Origin: Patescibacteria group bacterium
GTDB lineage: Bacteria > Patescibacteriota > Minisyncoccia > Phycocordibacterales > UBA9973
Length of the DNA stretch: 48,203 nt
Direction: 5' to 3'
Assembly (NCBI GenBank): GCA_040389365.1
Contig: JAZKAB010000007.1
Location: 14,084-62,286 of the forward strand
The position numbers and the translations under genes are program-made. Positions 17,477 to 26,267 of this stretch are shown here, piece by piece. The notes beneath the pieces were generated by a model. That model did no database searches, was not told the origin of the DNA, and saw only the letters and a program-made list of their open reading frames with translations. Every line of letters starts with the position of its first letter. Positions within the stretch are counted from its first letter, which is position 1.

Positions 17477-19966
17477 CTATTGGAATACAATAGTCTTTTT
17501 TATGGTGCTTTTCGCATACACGCTGTTTGTAGCGGTGAAGGTGATCGTATGAGTGCCGGCAGTATAATTATAGTTCTGAGGCGTGAATATAAATCGAAAC
17601 GGTGCAGGCAGTGTTGCCACATAAGTATTGTCGATCAAGACATCAACTGACGTGAGCGGGTATTGTCCAGACGTTGATACTGTTGCTTCCGCGTTTTCAT
17701 TTAATGGCATTGTTTCAGGCAGGCCGGTAATTACTAGAGGGGAAGTGTTGGCGGTGCCGCTGGTCGTGTCATAGCCGCTTGGAATATCTGCGCTGCTTAC
17801 GCTGTTATATTTTCCTGCATTAGCCGCCCACCATGCCTGTACGGGCGGTTCCCAAAGATGGAACTGCGGATCGCTGCTTGGATTTGAAGGTATTGGGCCG
17901 CGAGGCTCTTCTTTCTTTACCCAATACAGTATGTCGTGCACGTTGGTAATAACCTTTTCAATCTGCGCCTCCATTGGAGTCGTTGCTGTTGCGCGAAGTC
18001 CGGTTACGCGATCTATCTTAACCGTTTCGTTGCCCATCCATACGCCGCGCAGTATTGGCTTCAGTGCGCTGGTGTCTTCAGGCACGGGCTGCTCGAACGC
18101 AGGAGCGGGATATTTTGAAAGCGCGTACTGCATGAATGTTTTCCATGTCGGGCCGGAAATAGCCGAACCGCCGCTTCTCATAGAAATGTTGTCATTGTTT
18201 CCAGACCATACGCCAACTGAAAGGTTGGGAGTATAGCCAACTGTCCAGGCATCGCGATCGTTGTTTGTCGTACCTGTCTTTACCGCAACGCCAGGGATGG
18301 TGATAAGGGTAGTGCCGAATGTCGGGATGCGGGCCTGCGCGTCGCTCAATACGTTGTTAAGGGTAAGCGCTGCATTCTTGTCCATTGCAGTCGTTGGGTT
18401 AGGCTGGAATTTTTCAAGCACGTTTCCTTCATGGTCCTGCACTTCAAGAATGCCTGTTGTTGGATTGCGCACGCCGCTGTTTGCAAATACGCCGTATGCG
18501 CCGGTGATATCAAGCAGCGTAACTTCGCCGCCTCCGAGCACGAGCGACAAGCCGATCTCCTTAGGGTCTCTCAATGTCGAGATACCAAGAGCATGCGCAG
18601 TATCAACAGCGCGCTGCACGCCAACAAGATACAAGAGTTTCACTGACGGCACGTTGCGCGATTCGGCAATAGCGCTGCGAAGCGAAATAGGACCTTTGAA
18701 CTTGTTATCGAAGTTGACCGGGTTATAGCAGTCTTTATCTGTATAGCCAGGAAGCGGCTGCTGGTTGGCATTACAGTTTGTAGAGAATTCTGTCGGCACA
18801 TCGAACAATACTGTTTCAGGGGTATAGCCTTCTTCAAATGCTGTCGCATATACGAATGGCTTGAATGACGAGCCTGGCTGTCGCTGTGCAGTTGCAACGT
18901 TGTATGCGCCGTCAATATCCTTGTCGAAATAGTTGCGAGAGCCAACCATGGTTAGGATCTGGCCTGTACCCGGATCAATCGCTACAAGGCTTGAGTTAGA
19001 AGCGTTGTACTGCTTCATGTTTGCAGCTGCCTGCTTGGCAACAAGCTCCTCAGCATTTTTTTGCAAGTCATAGTCGAGCGTTGTCTTAATTGTGTAGCCG
19101 CCATTTTCCATAACGTCTTTTCCATACTTCTGTTCCATCTGGTCAAGGATATAGAAAACGAAGTGCGGCGCCTTGATGCCATTGTCTACGATCTTATTAA
19201 ACGCAACATCTTCAGTCTTGGCTGTTGCGTATTCATCAGCGGTGATGTAGCCATAGTCTTTCATTTTTTGCAGCACCAAGTCTTTTCTGACAGTCAGCTT
19301 GTCTTTATGCAATCCGAACGGCGAATAATATGTTGGAGCCGGCAGCATCGCTGCAAGATATGCAGCTTGTGCAATATCAAGGTCCTTCACATCCTTGCTG
19401 AAGAATGCCTTTGACGCTTCCTGTACTCCATAGATAGTGCCGCCCATCGGCGCGTCATTAAGATAGATGCCCAAGATCTGATCCTTGCTGAACTGGCGCT
19501 CTAGTCGCACTGCCAATACCCATTCCTTTATCTTGCGCGCTACTGACTTGTCGCCGTTCAAGAGCGTGTTCTTAACAATCTGCTGGGTGATTGTTGAGCC
19601 GCCTTGCGCAAAGCCAACATGGGTAACATTCACAAATACGGCGCGAAGGATAGACGTTGGTCGAATGCCGTTATGCTCATAGAAATGAGCATCTTCTATA
19701 GAGATAACCGCATGCTGAACATTGGTGCCCATCTGGTCAAGCGGGATTTCAGTGCGTCGAATAGACTTATGCACGTCATACAGCACTATTTCTCCGGTGC
19801 GATCGGTGATTTTTGAAGAGTTTGCAACCTGCCGGGTTTCAAAGCTTGAAATGTCAGGCAGCCTGATAAGGCTGGCCCAGACCAGGATTCCTCCAATTGA
19901 GAGGAAGAATAAGGCGAGAAGTCCGAAAAGGATCTTTTTCCAAGGGAATTGTGTATGTGCTTTCAT
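17477..19966 (-). CDS. PBP1A-family bifunctional penicillin-binding protein (glycosyltransferase/transpeptidase)
   Basis: GT51 motif ISIEDAHFYEHNGI. Transpeptidase motifs SSFKP, SRN and KTGT. N-terminal TM anchor. Confidence 0.9.
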   Translation of the reverse strand: MKAHTQFPWKKILFGLLALFFLSIGGILVWASLIRLPDISSFETRQVANSSKITDRTGEIVLYDVHKSIRRTEIPLDQMGTNVQHAVISIEDAHFYEHNGIRPTSILRAVFVNVTHVGFAQGGSTITQQIVKNTLLNGDKSVARKIKEWVLAVRLERQFSKDQILGIYLNDAPMGGTIYGVQEASKAFFSKDVKDLDIAQAAYLAAMLPAPTYYSPFGLHKDKLTVRKDLVLQKMKDYGYITADEYATAKTEDVAFNKIVDNGIKAPHFVFYILDQMEQKYGKDVMENGGYTIKTTLDYDLQKNAEELVAKQAAANMKQYNASNSSLVAIDPGTGQILTMVGSRNYFDKDIDGAYNVATAQRQPGSSFKPFVYATAFEEGYTPETVLFDVPTEFSTNCNANQQPLPGYTDKDCYNPVNFDNKFKGPISLRSAIAESRNVPSVKLLYLVGVQRAVDTAHALGISTLRDPKEIGLSLVLGGGEVTLLDITGAYGVFANSGVRNPTTGILEVQDHEGNVLEKFQPNPTTAMDKNAALTLNNVLSDAQARIPTFGTTLITIPGVAVKTGTTNNDRDAWTVGYTPNLSVGVWSGNNDNISMRSGGSAISGPTWKTFMQYALSKYPAPAFEQPVPEDTSALKPILRGVWMGNETVKIDRVTGLRATATTPMEAQIEKVITNVHDILYWVKKEEPRGPIPSNPSSDPQFHLWEPPVQAWWAANAGKYNSVSSADIPSGYDTTSGTANTSPLVITGLPETMPLNENAEATVSTSGQYPLTSVDVLIDNTYVATLPAPFRFIFTPQNYNYTAGTHTITFTATNSVYAKSTIKKTIVFQ

Positions 19967-20007
19967 GTATCCATCATAATAAAAATCCTTTAAAAAATAA
20001 AGGAAAA

Positions 20008-20016
20008 TGGTACACT
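20008..20016 (+). promoter_or_regulatory. extended -10 element (TGgTACACT) 6 nt upstream of the tyrS ATG
   Basis: Sequence read directly. The spacer gggata is followed by ATG 20023. Confidence 0.5.
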
Positions 20017-20022
20017 GGGATA

Positions 20023-21216
20023 ATGGAAAAAACAGAACTGATGGATATCTTATTGCATAAGGGCGTAGCCGATATTTTGCCGAATAAGGGCTTTTTAGAA
20101 AAAGAGCTCAATTCAGGCCGAACTCTTTCAATTTATGCAGGATTTGACCCTACTGCTCCGACACTGCACATCGGACATACTATCCAGCTGCGCAAGCTGC
20201 GCCATTTTCAGGACCTTGGGCACAAGATTATCTTTCTGATCGGCGACTTCACCGCTCGCATTGGCGACCCGACAGACAAGACATCAGCGCGCAAGCAGCT
20301 GACAGGAAAGGAAATCAAGACTAATCTGAAGCTGTACAAGAAACAGGCGGGAAAATTTATCCGTTTCTCTGGCAAGAACGCAGCTACGGTAAAGTTTAAC
20401 AACGACTGGCTCGGCAAGATGAAGTTTGCCGACGTGCTGGCGCTCGCATCGAACATGACCGTTGATCAGATGCTGAAGCGCGACATGTTCGCTCGTCGCA
20501 TTGAAGAAGAAAAGCCAATCTATATTCATGAATTCATGTATCCGCTGATGCAGGGCTATGACAGCGTCGCAATGAACGTTGATGGCGAAGTTGGGGGAAA
20601 CGATCAGCTCTTCAATATGATGGCAGGGCGAACATTGTTAAAACAGTTGAAAAATAAGGAGAAATTCGTCATAACAACAAAGCTGCTTGAAGACAATAAC
20701 GGCAAGAAGATGGGCAAGAGCGAAGGAAATATGGTAAGTCTGCTTGATACTCCAGAAGACATGTATGGCAAGATTATGAGCTGGACTGACGGCCTTATCG
20801 TCCCTGGCTTTGAGCTGTGCACTGACTATACTCCTGATCAGGTGTTGTTCGTGAAGAATGAATTGGAAACTGGCATAAACCCTCGCGACAGCAAGATGCG
20901 CCTGGCATTTGAAATCGTAAAGTCATGCACAGACGAGAAGAATGCATTGCGCGCAGAGCAAGCATTCGTGCAGACCTTTCAGAAAAAGGAATCGCATGAA
21001 AGCATTCGAGAGATTGCCGCACGCGGCCGCACCCTCGAAGCAGTCTTTATCGATGAGGCACTTGTACCATCAAAGGCAGAACTTCGACGACTGGCCGAGT
21101 CTAGGGCAATTACAAATTTTGAAACAAAGGAAGCATTGAGCGGTCTTTTTATTAAAGACACTGCAGTTCCAGGCATTTACAAGATCGGCAAGAGCCGCAT
21201 CATTCGCGTTATCTAA
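20023..21216 (+). CDS. tyrS: tyrosine--tRNA ligase
   Basis: GFDPTAPTLHIGH (HIGH motif) and KMGKS (KMSKS motif). The start was trimmed from the track's 19897, which overlaps the PBP gene. Confidence 0.85.
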   Translation: MEKTELMDILLHKGVADILPNKGFLEKELNSGRTLSIYAGFDPTAPTLHIGHTIQLRKLRHFQDLGHKIIFLIGDFTARIGDPTDKTSARKQLTGKEIKTNLKLYKKQAGKFIRFSGKNAATVKFNNDWLGKMKFADVLALASNMTVDQMLKRDMFARRIEEEKPIYIHEFMYPLMQGYDSVAMNVDGEVGGNDQLFNMMAGRTLLKQLKNKEKFVITTKLLEDNNGKKMGKSEGNMVSLLDTPEDMYGKIMSWTDGLIVPGFELCTDYTPDQVLFVKNELETGINPRDSKMRLAFEIVKSCTDEKNALRAEQAFVQTFQKKESHESIREIAARGRTLEAVFIDEALVPSKAELRRLAESRAITNFETKEALSGLFIKDTAVPGIYKIGKSRIIRVI

Positions 21217-21359
21217 AGGCTGAAGAGCTCTCCAAGCATCTTAGACCAGGCTTCCTGCAGGTATGTCACAACCAGAAAAGAGGGGACGAAGACAATAGAA
21301 AAAAGCACGAACAAAATCAGTTTTGCTCCAAAGGCGAGTGTTTTTCCTATAAATTCCAT
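21213..21359 (-). CDS. possible 48-aa small membrane protein
   Basis: Manual translation gives MEFIGKTLAFGAKLILFVLFSIVFVPSFLVVTYLQEAWSKMLGELFSL*, with one hydrophobic helix. It fills an otherwise empty gap. No homology evidence. Confidence 0.3.
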   Translation of the reverse strand: MEFIGKTLAFGAKLILFVLFSIVFVPSFLVVTYLQEAWSKMLGELFSL

Positions 21360-21453
21360 ACAGGCTATCCTACCTTACAGGGGCATATTGTAAAGTTGCC
21401 AGTTTTGTTGTCTGTGGCGAAATGCAGTTTTTTACGTGGTACTATACTTCTAT

Positions 21454-22353
21454 ATGACTATTGTAGTTGCAGGAGGAAGCGGATTTATCGGTACGATGCT
21501 GACAAAGCGATTGCTTGGCCAAGGGCATACCGTCGTTGTTGTTGCGACTACTCCTCCCAACCATACGCATCAGAACTTGTTCTATATACAGTCTGACGTA
21601 GCGAACAATCCGCTGCCATACAATATCTTGGAACACACTGATGCAGTAATTAACCTTGTCGGCGCTCCTATTAGCAACAAATGGACGCCTGAATACAAGA
21701 AGGCAATCAGAGACAGCCGCATTAAGAGCACTGATTCTATTGTCGCAGCCATTGCTGCTGCCAAGAGCCGCCCTACCGTATTTATCTGTGCTTCTGCAAC
21801 CGGTTTCTATGGCGAAACAGGCGAAGAGATAGTTGATGAGCAGTATCCTAACGGCAAGGGCTTTCTTGCTGACGTTGTCGTTGAATGGGAAGCAGCAGCG
21901 CGCAAGGCAACAGAATACGGCGTACGCGTTGTCTGTATCCGCACCGCTCCGGTTATTGGCCATGGCGGATTGATGGAAACGCTGAAGAAGGGTGCCCGTT
22001 TTGGCATACTGCCTAAGCTGAGAAAAGAAGACTACTGGTTTTCATGGATTGCAGATATTGATATTGTAAATGCGTATATTTTTGCATTGGAAACAAATAC
22101 GCTGCAGGGCGTCGTGAATGCAGTTGCGCCAGAGCCTGTGCTATACAGCACGTTCTTGCAAACGCTCAAGACTATCTGGAAGCACCGCCTTATCGCTACA
22201 TTGCCACAATGGCTCGTGAAGAAGATTGTAGGCGAAGGGTATGCAGAGCTGTCATACAGCAACCGTGCCGTACCAAAGCGCTTGCTTGATAAGGGGTTTG
22301 AATTTATATATCCGACAATAGAATCTGCAGTTGCTGCGTATGAAAAAAACTGA
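21454..22353 (+). CDS. YfcH-like NAD(P)-binding epimerase-family protein (SDR fold)
   Basis: The N-terminus MTIVVAGGSGFIGTMLTKRLL is a Rossmann GxxGxxG motif. Length and layout match the TIGR01777-type family. This is the only gene in the window ending in TGA. Confidence 0.75.
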   Translation: MTIVVAGGSGFIGTMLTKRLLGQGHTVVVVATTPPNHTHQNLFYIQSDVANNPLPYNILEHTDAVINLVGAPISNKWTPEYKKAIRDSRIKSTDSIVAAIAAAKSRPTVFICASATGFYGETGEEIVDEQYPNGKGFLADVVVEWEAAARKATEYGVRVVCIRTAPVIGHGGLMETLKKGARFGILPKLRKEDYWFSWIADIDIVNAYIFALETNTLQGVVNAVAPEPVLYSTFLQTLKTIWKHRLIATLPQWLVKKIVGEGYAELSYSNRAVPKRLLDKGFEFIYPTIESAVAAYEKN

Positions 22354-23200
22354 TGTTATAACGGAAGGATGGGAAGGATACACGCTGCTTGATAGCGGCG
22401 AAGGCAGAAAGCTGGAGCAATTTGGCGGCGTTATTCTTGATCGTCCTGATCCGCAGGCACTATGGAAAAAGTCTCGACCAGAACTATGGGCGACGGCACA
22501 AGCGCAGTTTCTCTGGGCAGACAAGGGCGATCGCTGGAGCGTTTCAAAAGGGGTAGCAGAAGAGTGGCCTATTCGATTGAATGATATTGTCATGAATCTT
22601 TCATTCAAGGGATTCAAGCATATTGGTATTTTTCCCGAGCATGCAGCGCAATGGAATGAGATACAGGCGTTAGGAAAAAAGCACAAGGAGCTTCGCATGC
22701 TGAACTTGTTCGGCTATACAGGGGCAGCCAGTATTGCTGGCGCACTGGCAGGCATGCAGGTAACGCATGTAGATGCGTCAAAGCAGACCGTGCAGATCGT
22801 TAAGGAAAATGCAGTATTGTCTGGGTTGCCCGGTACTGCAATTCGCGTCATTACCGACGACGCATTGAAATATGCCAAGCGCCTTATTCAGCGCGGCGAG
22901 CAGTTTGATGTCATTGTCATGGATCCGCCGGCATTCGGCCGCGGTCCGAAAGGAGAGGTATGGAAGATTGAAGAAAAGCTCTTGGAGCTTATGGCGCTTA
23001 TTCCTCAGCTGCTTTCTCCTGACGCAAAGCTTGTTATCATTAACGGCTATGCTGCCGGCTTCAGCGCGCGCACGTTTGGAGAATTATTGTTTGATGTATT
23101 GCCGAAGGGGTCTATTGAGTATGGGGAAGTGAGTCTGGCGCAAGAGCAGTCTCCTCGCATCCTTACTACCGGCATCTATGGCAAATGGACGAACAGATAA
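22340..23200 (+). CDS. class I SAM-dependent methyltransferase (RlmI/YwbD-like catalytic domain, no PUA domain)
   Basis: LNLFGYTGAASIAGALAG...VTHVDAS and VIVMDPPAFG motifs. An alternative TTG start lies at 22331. Confidence 0.7.
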   Translation: MKKTDVITEGWEGYTLLDSGEGRKLEQFGGVILDRPDPQALWKKSRPELWATAQAQFLWADKGDRWSVSKGVAEEWPIRLNDIVMNLSFKGFKHIGIFPEHAAQWNEIQALGKKHKELRMLNLFGYTGAASIAGALAGMQVTHVDASKQTVQIVKENAVLSGLPGTAIRVITDDALKYAKRLIQRGEQFDVIVMDPPAFGRGPKGEVWKIEEKLLELMALIPQLLSPDAKLVIINGYAAGFSARTFGELLFDVLPKGSIEYGEVSLAQEQSPRILTTGIYGKWTNR

Positions 23201-23208
23201 TCTTCTCG

Positions 23209-23217
23209 TGCTATACT
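23209..23217 (+). promoter_or_regulatory. extended -10 element (TGcTATACT) 7 nt upstream of the SET-domain gene
   Basis: Sequence read directly. The spacer ttcgacc is followed by ATG 23225. Confidence 0.5.
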
Positions 23218-23224
23218 TTCGACC

Positions 23225-23665
23225 ATGTCTGCATCAAAAATGATTCCACAATATTCCTATCCGGGCGACTTGGTTGTAAAGCGCGGCATTAACGGTCTTG
23301 GATTGTTCGCCACTGTTCCAATTAAAAAAGGCGACTGCATTATCGAATACGTTGGCGATATTCTTGCAACGCAAGAAGAGGTTAATAAAATTGGCGGTCA
23401 GTACTTGTTCGAAGTATCTCGCAACAAGACGATCAATGGCGCAGTGCGCTCGAACACTGCCCGCTATATCAACCATGCCTGCAAGCCGAACTGCGAAGTT
23501 GAAATTAAGAAGACTCGAGTATTTATATACGCAAAGCGAAACATTATGGCAGGAGAGGAGCTGTTCTATGACTATGGCAAGGAATTCTGGAACGAGCATA
23601 TTAAGCCGAAAGGCTGCCGTTGCGAGAAGTGTACCCTTAAGCGGGAAGCGCTCGAAGCGAAATAA
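23225..23665 (+). CDS. SET-domain protein (putative protein lysine methyltransferase)
   Basis: GLFATVPIKKGDCIIEYVGD, ARYINHACKPNCE (NHxCxPN motif), GEELFYDYG, and a post-SET-like CRCEKC. Confidence 0.85.
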   Translation: MSASKMIPQYSYPGDLVVKRGINGLGLFATVPIKKGDCIIEYVGDILATQEEVNKIGGQYLFEVSRNKTINGAVRSNTARYINHACKPNCEVEIKKTRVFIYAKRNIMAGEELFYDYGKEFWNEHIKPKGCRCEKCTLKREALEAK

Positions 23666-23694
23666 CAAAAAGCCCCATATATGGGGCTTTTTGT
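23666..23694. terminator. bidirectional intrinsic terminator
   Basis: AAAAAGCCCCAtataTGGGGCTTTTTGTT: a GC-rich stem flanked by an A-run and a T-run, lying between convergent genes. Confidence 0.8.
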
Positions 23695-23933
23695 TATTCT
23701 CTTCCCTCGAAGTTTTGGAAGAAATAGCCTTCCTCTTCAGGATCAATGTCTTCTGATCCTTCCTTCTCTGAATCTCCGAATTCTCCGGCATCAGGTGTTT
23801 CTAGGAGAGGATCGATAGCTTCATCGTCAACTACCACCTCTTCATCCTCATCAATTAATGCAACAGTGCCGGCATCATCGCCTTCAACATCTGCTACCCC
23901 TGGTCCTGTTAACTCGTCAAACTCTTCGCTCAT
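23694..23933 (-). CDS. extremely acidic 79-aa protein
   Basis: 31 Asp/Glu against 2 Lys/Arg by direct count. It lies downstream of ruvB-ruvC and ends at the bidirectional terminator. Confidence 0.45.
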   Translation of the reverse strand: MSEEFDELTGPGVADVEGDDAGTVALIDEDEEVVVDDEAIDPLLETPDAGEFGDSEKEGSEDIDPEEEGYFFQNFEGRE

Positions 23934-24014
23934 AGTGTAAATCTATATGTAATTAATTTTTATAGCATATTTGTATCAGATACCCGTTTACTTGGCAATA
24001 CCTTTTTACGCTTT

Positions 24015-24515
24015 TTAGAGAAAAGAATTGAGACGAAGCGTTCCGGCTGCTGCCATGCCGAGGGCAATGGCGTCAATTTCGTCATCAATCTTGTCCGCAA
24101 TGTCTATTTTCAATGTCAGTGCAACCATTTTCTGCACTGCTGCCTTGTTGGCATTGCCTGTTCCTGTCATAGCCAGCTTCACTTCCTGGGGAGAGAGCTC
24201 TATGAGTGGGACATGGTGCAGTCCGGCAAGCACGCTAATGACGCCGCGGGCCTCGGCAACGGCAAGCGCGCTCTTCTTGTTAACTGAGAAGAAGAGCGTT
24301 TCAAGCGCGATGGCAACAGGCTTGTATTCTTTTATAGCGTCTTCGACGCTTCTGAAGACAGTTGCCAGGCGATCTGCACGGGAATCCTTCTTGCTGGTCT
24401 GAATGCACCAGGAATGCACTACCGTATTAGCCACGCCTGTCTGTATGATTGCCACGCCGCAGCGGTCGTATCCCGGGTCAATGGCCAGAATGATCTGTTC
24501 AGTATTATGTTTCAC
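24015..24515 (-). CDS. ruvC: crossover junction endodeoxyribonuclease RuvC
   Basis: ILAIDPGYDRCGVAII N-terminus. 166 aa, overlapping the ruvB stop. Confidence 0.9.
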   Translation of the reverse strand: MKHNTEQIILAIDPGYDRCGVAIIQTGVANTVVHSWCIQTSKKDSRADRLATVFRSVEDAIKEYKPVAIALETLFFSVNKKSALAVAEARGVISVLAGLHHVPLIELSPQEVKLAMTGTGNANKAAVQKMVALTLKIDIADKIDDEIDAIALGMAAAGTLRLNSFL

Positions 24516-25476
24516 GAATATAGTCTTTGCCTTTTTCGGTTAATTGTCGCCCGCGGGGAGTGCGTTCCAAAAGGCCAAGCTGAATAAGGTATGGCTCGGT
24601 GACGTCTTCGATAGTGCCATCGTCTTCTCCCGTAGCTGCCGCCAGGTTCTTCACCCCAACCGGCCCGCCGCTAAATTTGTCCCGGATTGTCTTTAGGAGG
24701 TTGATATCATGGGCGCTTAAGCCGTTCTCATCAAGCCCTAACAGCGCAAAGCCCTGCGCAATGCTTTCTTCGTCTATAGTTCTGTCGTGCATTTGCGCAT
24801 AGTCGCGTATGCGGCGAAGCAGGTAGTTTGCAATACGAGGCGTCTTGCGGCTGCGAGAGGCTATTGCTGCATGCGCATGTTCGGGCAATTCGATATCTAG
24901 CAATTCTGCAGAGCGGCCAAGAATGCGAGCAATCTCTTCGTCAGTATAAAATTCCAAGCGGTATGTTCCTCCGGAAAAGCGAGAGCGCAATGGCGCAGAA
25001 AGCATGCCGAAGCGCGTTGTTGCGCCAACGAGCGTAAACGGAGGGAGGTCGAGCTGCACAGTTCGCGCAGAAGGGCCCTTGCCGATCATGATATCCATCT
25101 TGCCGGTTTCCATAACGGGATACAATACTTCTTCAATTGTTTTATTGAGACGATGAATCTCGTCGATAAACAGCATGTCGCCTGGCTGCAGGTTTGTAAG
25201 AATAGCAGCAAGGTCGCCAACGCGCTCAATTGCAGGTCCTGACGTTAGCTTAACCTGCGCTCCCATTTCTTTCGCAATGACATGCGCCAATGTTGTCTTT
25301 CCAAGGCCTGGAGGGCCGTAAAAAAGGACATGTTCCGGTGCCTGGCCGCGACTTTTTGCCGCTCCAATCAGGATTGAAAGCGCTCTTTTGATTTGCTCTT
25401 GGCCGACATAGTCAGCGAAGGTGGTAGGGCGGAGCAGGGAGTCGCTAAATTGTTCTTCAGGCGGGGTACTTGACAT
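24505..25476 (-). CDS. ruvB: Holliday junction branch migration ATPase RuvB
   Basis: LRPTTFADYVGQEQIK, Walker A GPPGLGKTTLA, and Walker B LFIDEIHRL. Confidence 0.95.
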   Translation of the reverse strand: MSSTPPEEQFSDSLLRPTTFADYVGQEQIKRALSILIGAAKSRGQAPEHVLFYGPPGLGKTTLAHVIAKEMGAQVKLTSGPAIERVGDLAAILTNLQPGDMLFIDEIHRLNKTIEEVLYPVMETGKMDIMIGKGPSARTVQLDLPPFTLVGATTRFGMLSAPLRSRFSGGTYRLEFYTDEEIARILGRSAELLDIELPEHAHAAIASRSRKTPRIANYLLRRIRDYAQMHDRTIDEESIAQGFALLGLDENGLSAHDINLLKTIRDKFSGGPVGVKNLAAATGEDDGTIEDVTEPYLIQLGLLERTPRGRQLTEKGKDYIRET

Positions 25477-25560
25477 ATTTTTATAGTATGCTATGCTCTA
25501 TGCAGAGTAAATAACAACTACATTCTACTACATCGCTAGCGGAAGTGTTAAAAAACAAAG

Positions 25561-25703
25561 AAGGTACTAATCTCTAAGCAGTCAGCCACAGGTTCTAGCT
25601 GTATGCGCAGGACGTCTTGGTTCCGACTGGGGCCATCCTATAATTATGTCTTACTTATATATCAACGCATATATAAGGACTGTTTAGAGATTAGTGCTTT
25701 TTT
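25561..25703 (+). ncRNA. structured ncRNA candidate of unknown class
   Basis: A 20-bp closing helix pairs 25563-25582 with 25677-25696 (two G-U pairs). There is an inner hairpin at 25653-25661/25668-25676 and a further GC-rich hairpin around 25584-25633. A T-run follows at 25697-25703. TGtTAAAAA at 25546-25554 is positioned to start transcription at about 25561. Confidence 0.4.
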
Positions 25704-25747
25704 TATTCAAAAAGAATAAAAATAACTAATCAACTCGATTGGACTCA

Positions 25748-25783
25748 GCAAACCGCCCATGTACATGGGCGGTTTGCTTTTGT
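25748..25783 (+). terminator. intrinsic terminator (plus orientation)
   Basis: GCAAACCGCCCatgtacatGGGCGGTTTGC followed by TTTTGT. Confidence 0.6.
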
Positions 25784-25791
25784 ATAAAAAT

Positions 25792-25812
25792 AAAACCCCC
25801 ACAAGGGGCTTT
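25792..25812 (-). terminator. intrinsic terminator of the 126-aa gene
   Basis: On the minus strand, TAAAGCCCCttgtGGGGGTTTTATTTTT; the hairpin overlaps the stop codon. Confidence 0.7.
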
Positions 25813-26191
25813 ATAGATCATTGAAGGCAACTTCAAGATAATTCATTGTTCTTTTTGCAGATAGGCGTATGCCCAGCTCTAATTCAAGCTGCCGACCAAA
25901 CTTTGCATCTGTGATGAGATTTTTAAAACGGCTGGCTTCATCATTGCTAGCACATTCTATTCTCATGCTGTGCACTGCCGGCCTTTTGTTTACCCTAAAA
26001 AGCCTATCATAAGTATGGGCGGCAACACTTTTACAGAAATAATTTCCAATTGTCTTGCTTGCAAGAAACGCGCCAAGGCTTCCATCGTCTCCGGTAAGTT
26101 TTTCTAACAATTCTATGATTAGCGGCTCATATATTCCCGCGTACTCATTCTGAGCGTTCTTTAAGAATACAAATATCTTTTCGTTTTCCAT
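25811..26191 (-). CDS. hypothetical protein, monocistronic orphan
   Basis: 126-aa ORF with its own TTGACT...TAGTAT promoter-like pair, an AGGAAAAAA leader and its own terminator. Visibly more AT-rich than its neighbours. No recognisable motif. Confidence 0.6.
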   Translation of the reverse strand: MENEKIFVFLKNAQNEYAGIYEPLIIELLEKLTGDDGSLGAFLASKTIGNYFCKSVAAHTYDRLFRVNKRPAVHSMRIECASNDEASRFKNLITDAKFGRQLELELGIRLSAKRTMNYLEVAFNDL

Positions 26192-26237
26192 AGTTCATTT
26201 TTTTCCTGATACTACTTTTTATCCATATAAAGTCAAA

Positions 26238-26265
26238 TTTAAATGCCGCACATAGTGCGGCATTT
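26238..26265 (-). terminator. hairpin downstream of pilB
   Basis: AATGCCGCACataGTGCGGCATT immediately after the pilB stop. The T-tract is weak (TTAAATTT). Confidence 0.45.
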
Positions 26266-26267
26266 GT

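Noticed and set aside
19897-20022. N-terminal extensions of track ORFs: tyrS 19897, polA 31874, 41150, 29158, 39305, pilB to 28079, zur to 36949, the thioredoxin-like gene to 36386, and the methyltransferase to 39010.
   Set aside because: The extensions overlap neighbouring genes or tRNAs and add non-homologous residues. Internal starts with a -10 element 6-7 nt upstream fit better.
25561-25703. Assigning the structured RNA candidate to SRP RNA, 6S RNA or tmRNA.
   Set aside because: I found no GGAA-capped domain IV motif and no tRNA-like end with a tag ORF. The length and junction layout do not fit what I know of these families. It is left unclassified.
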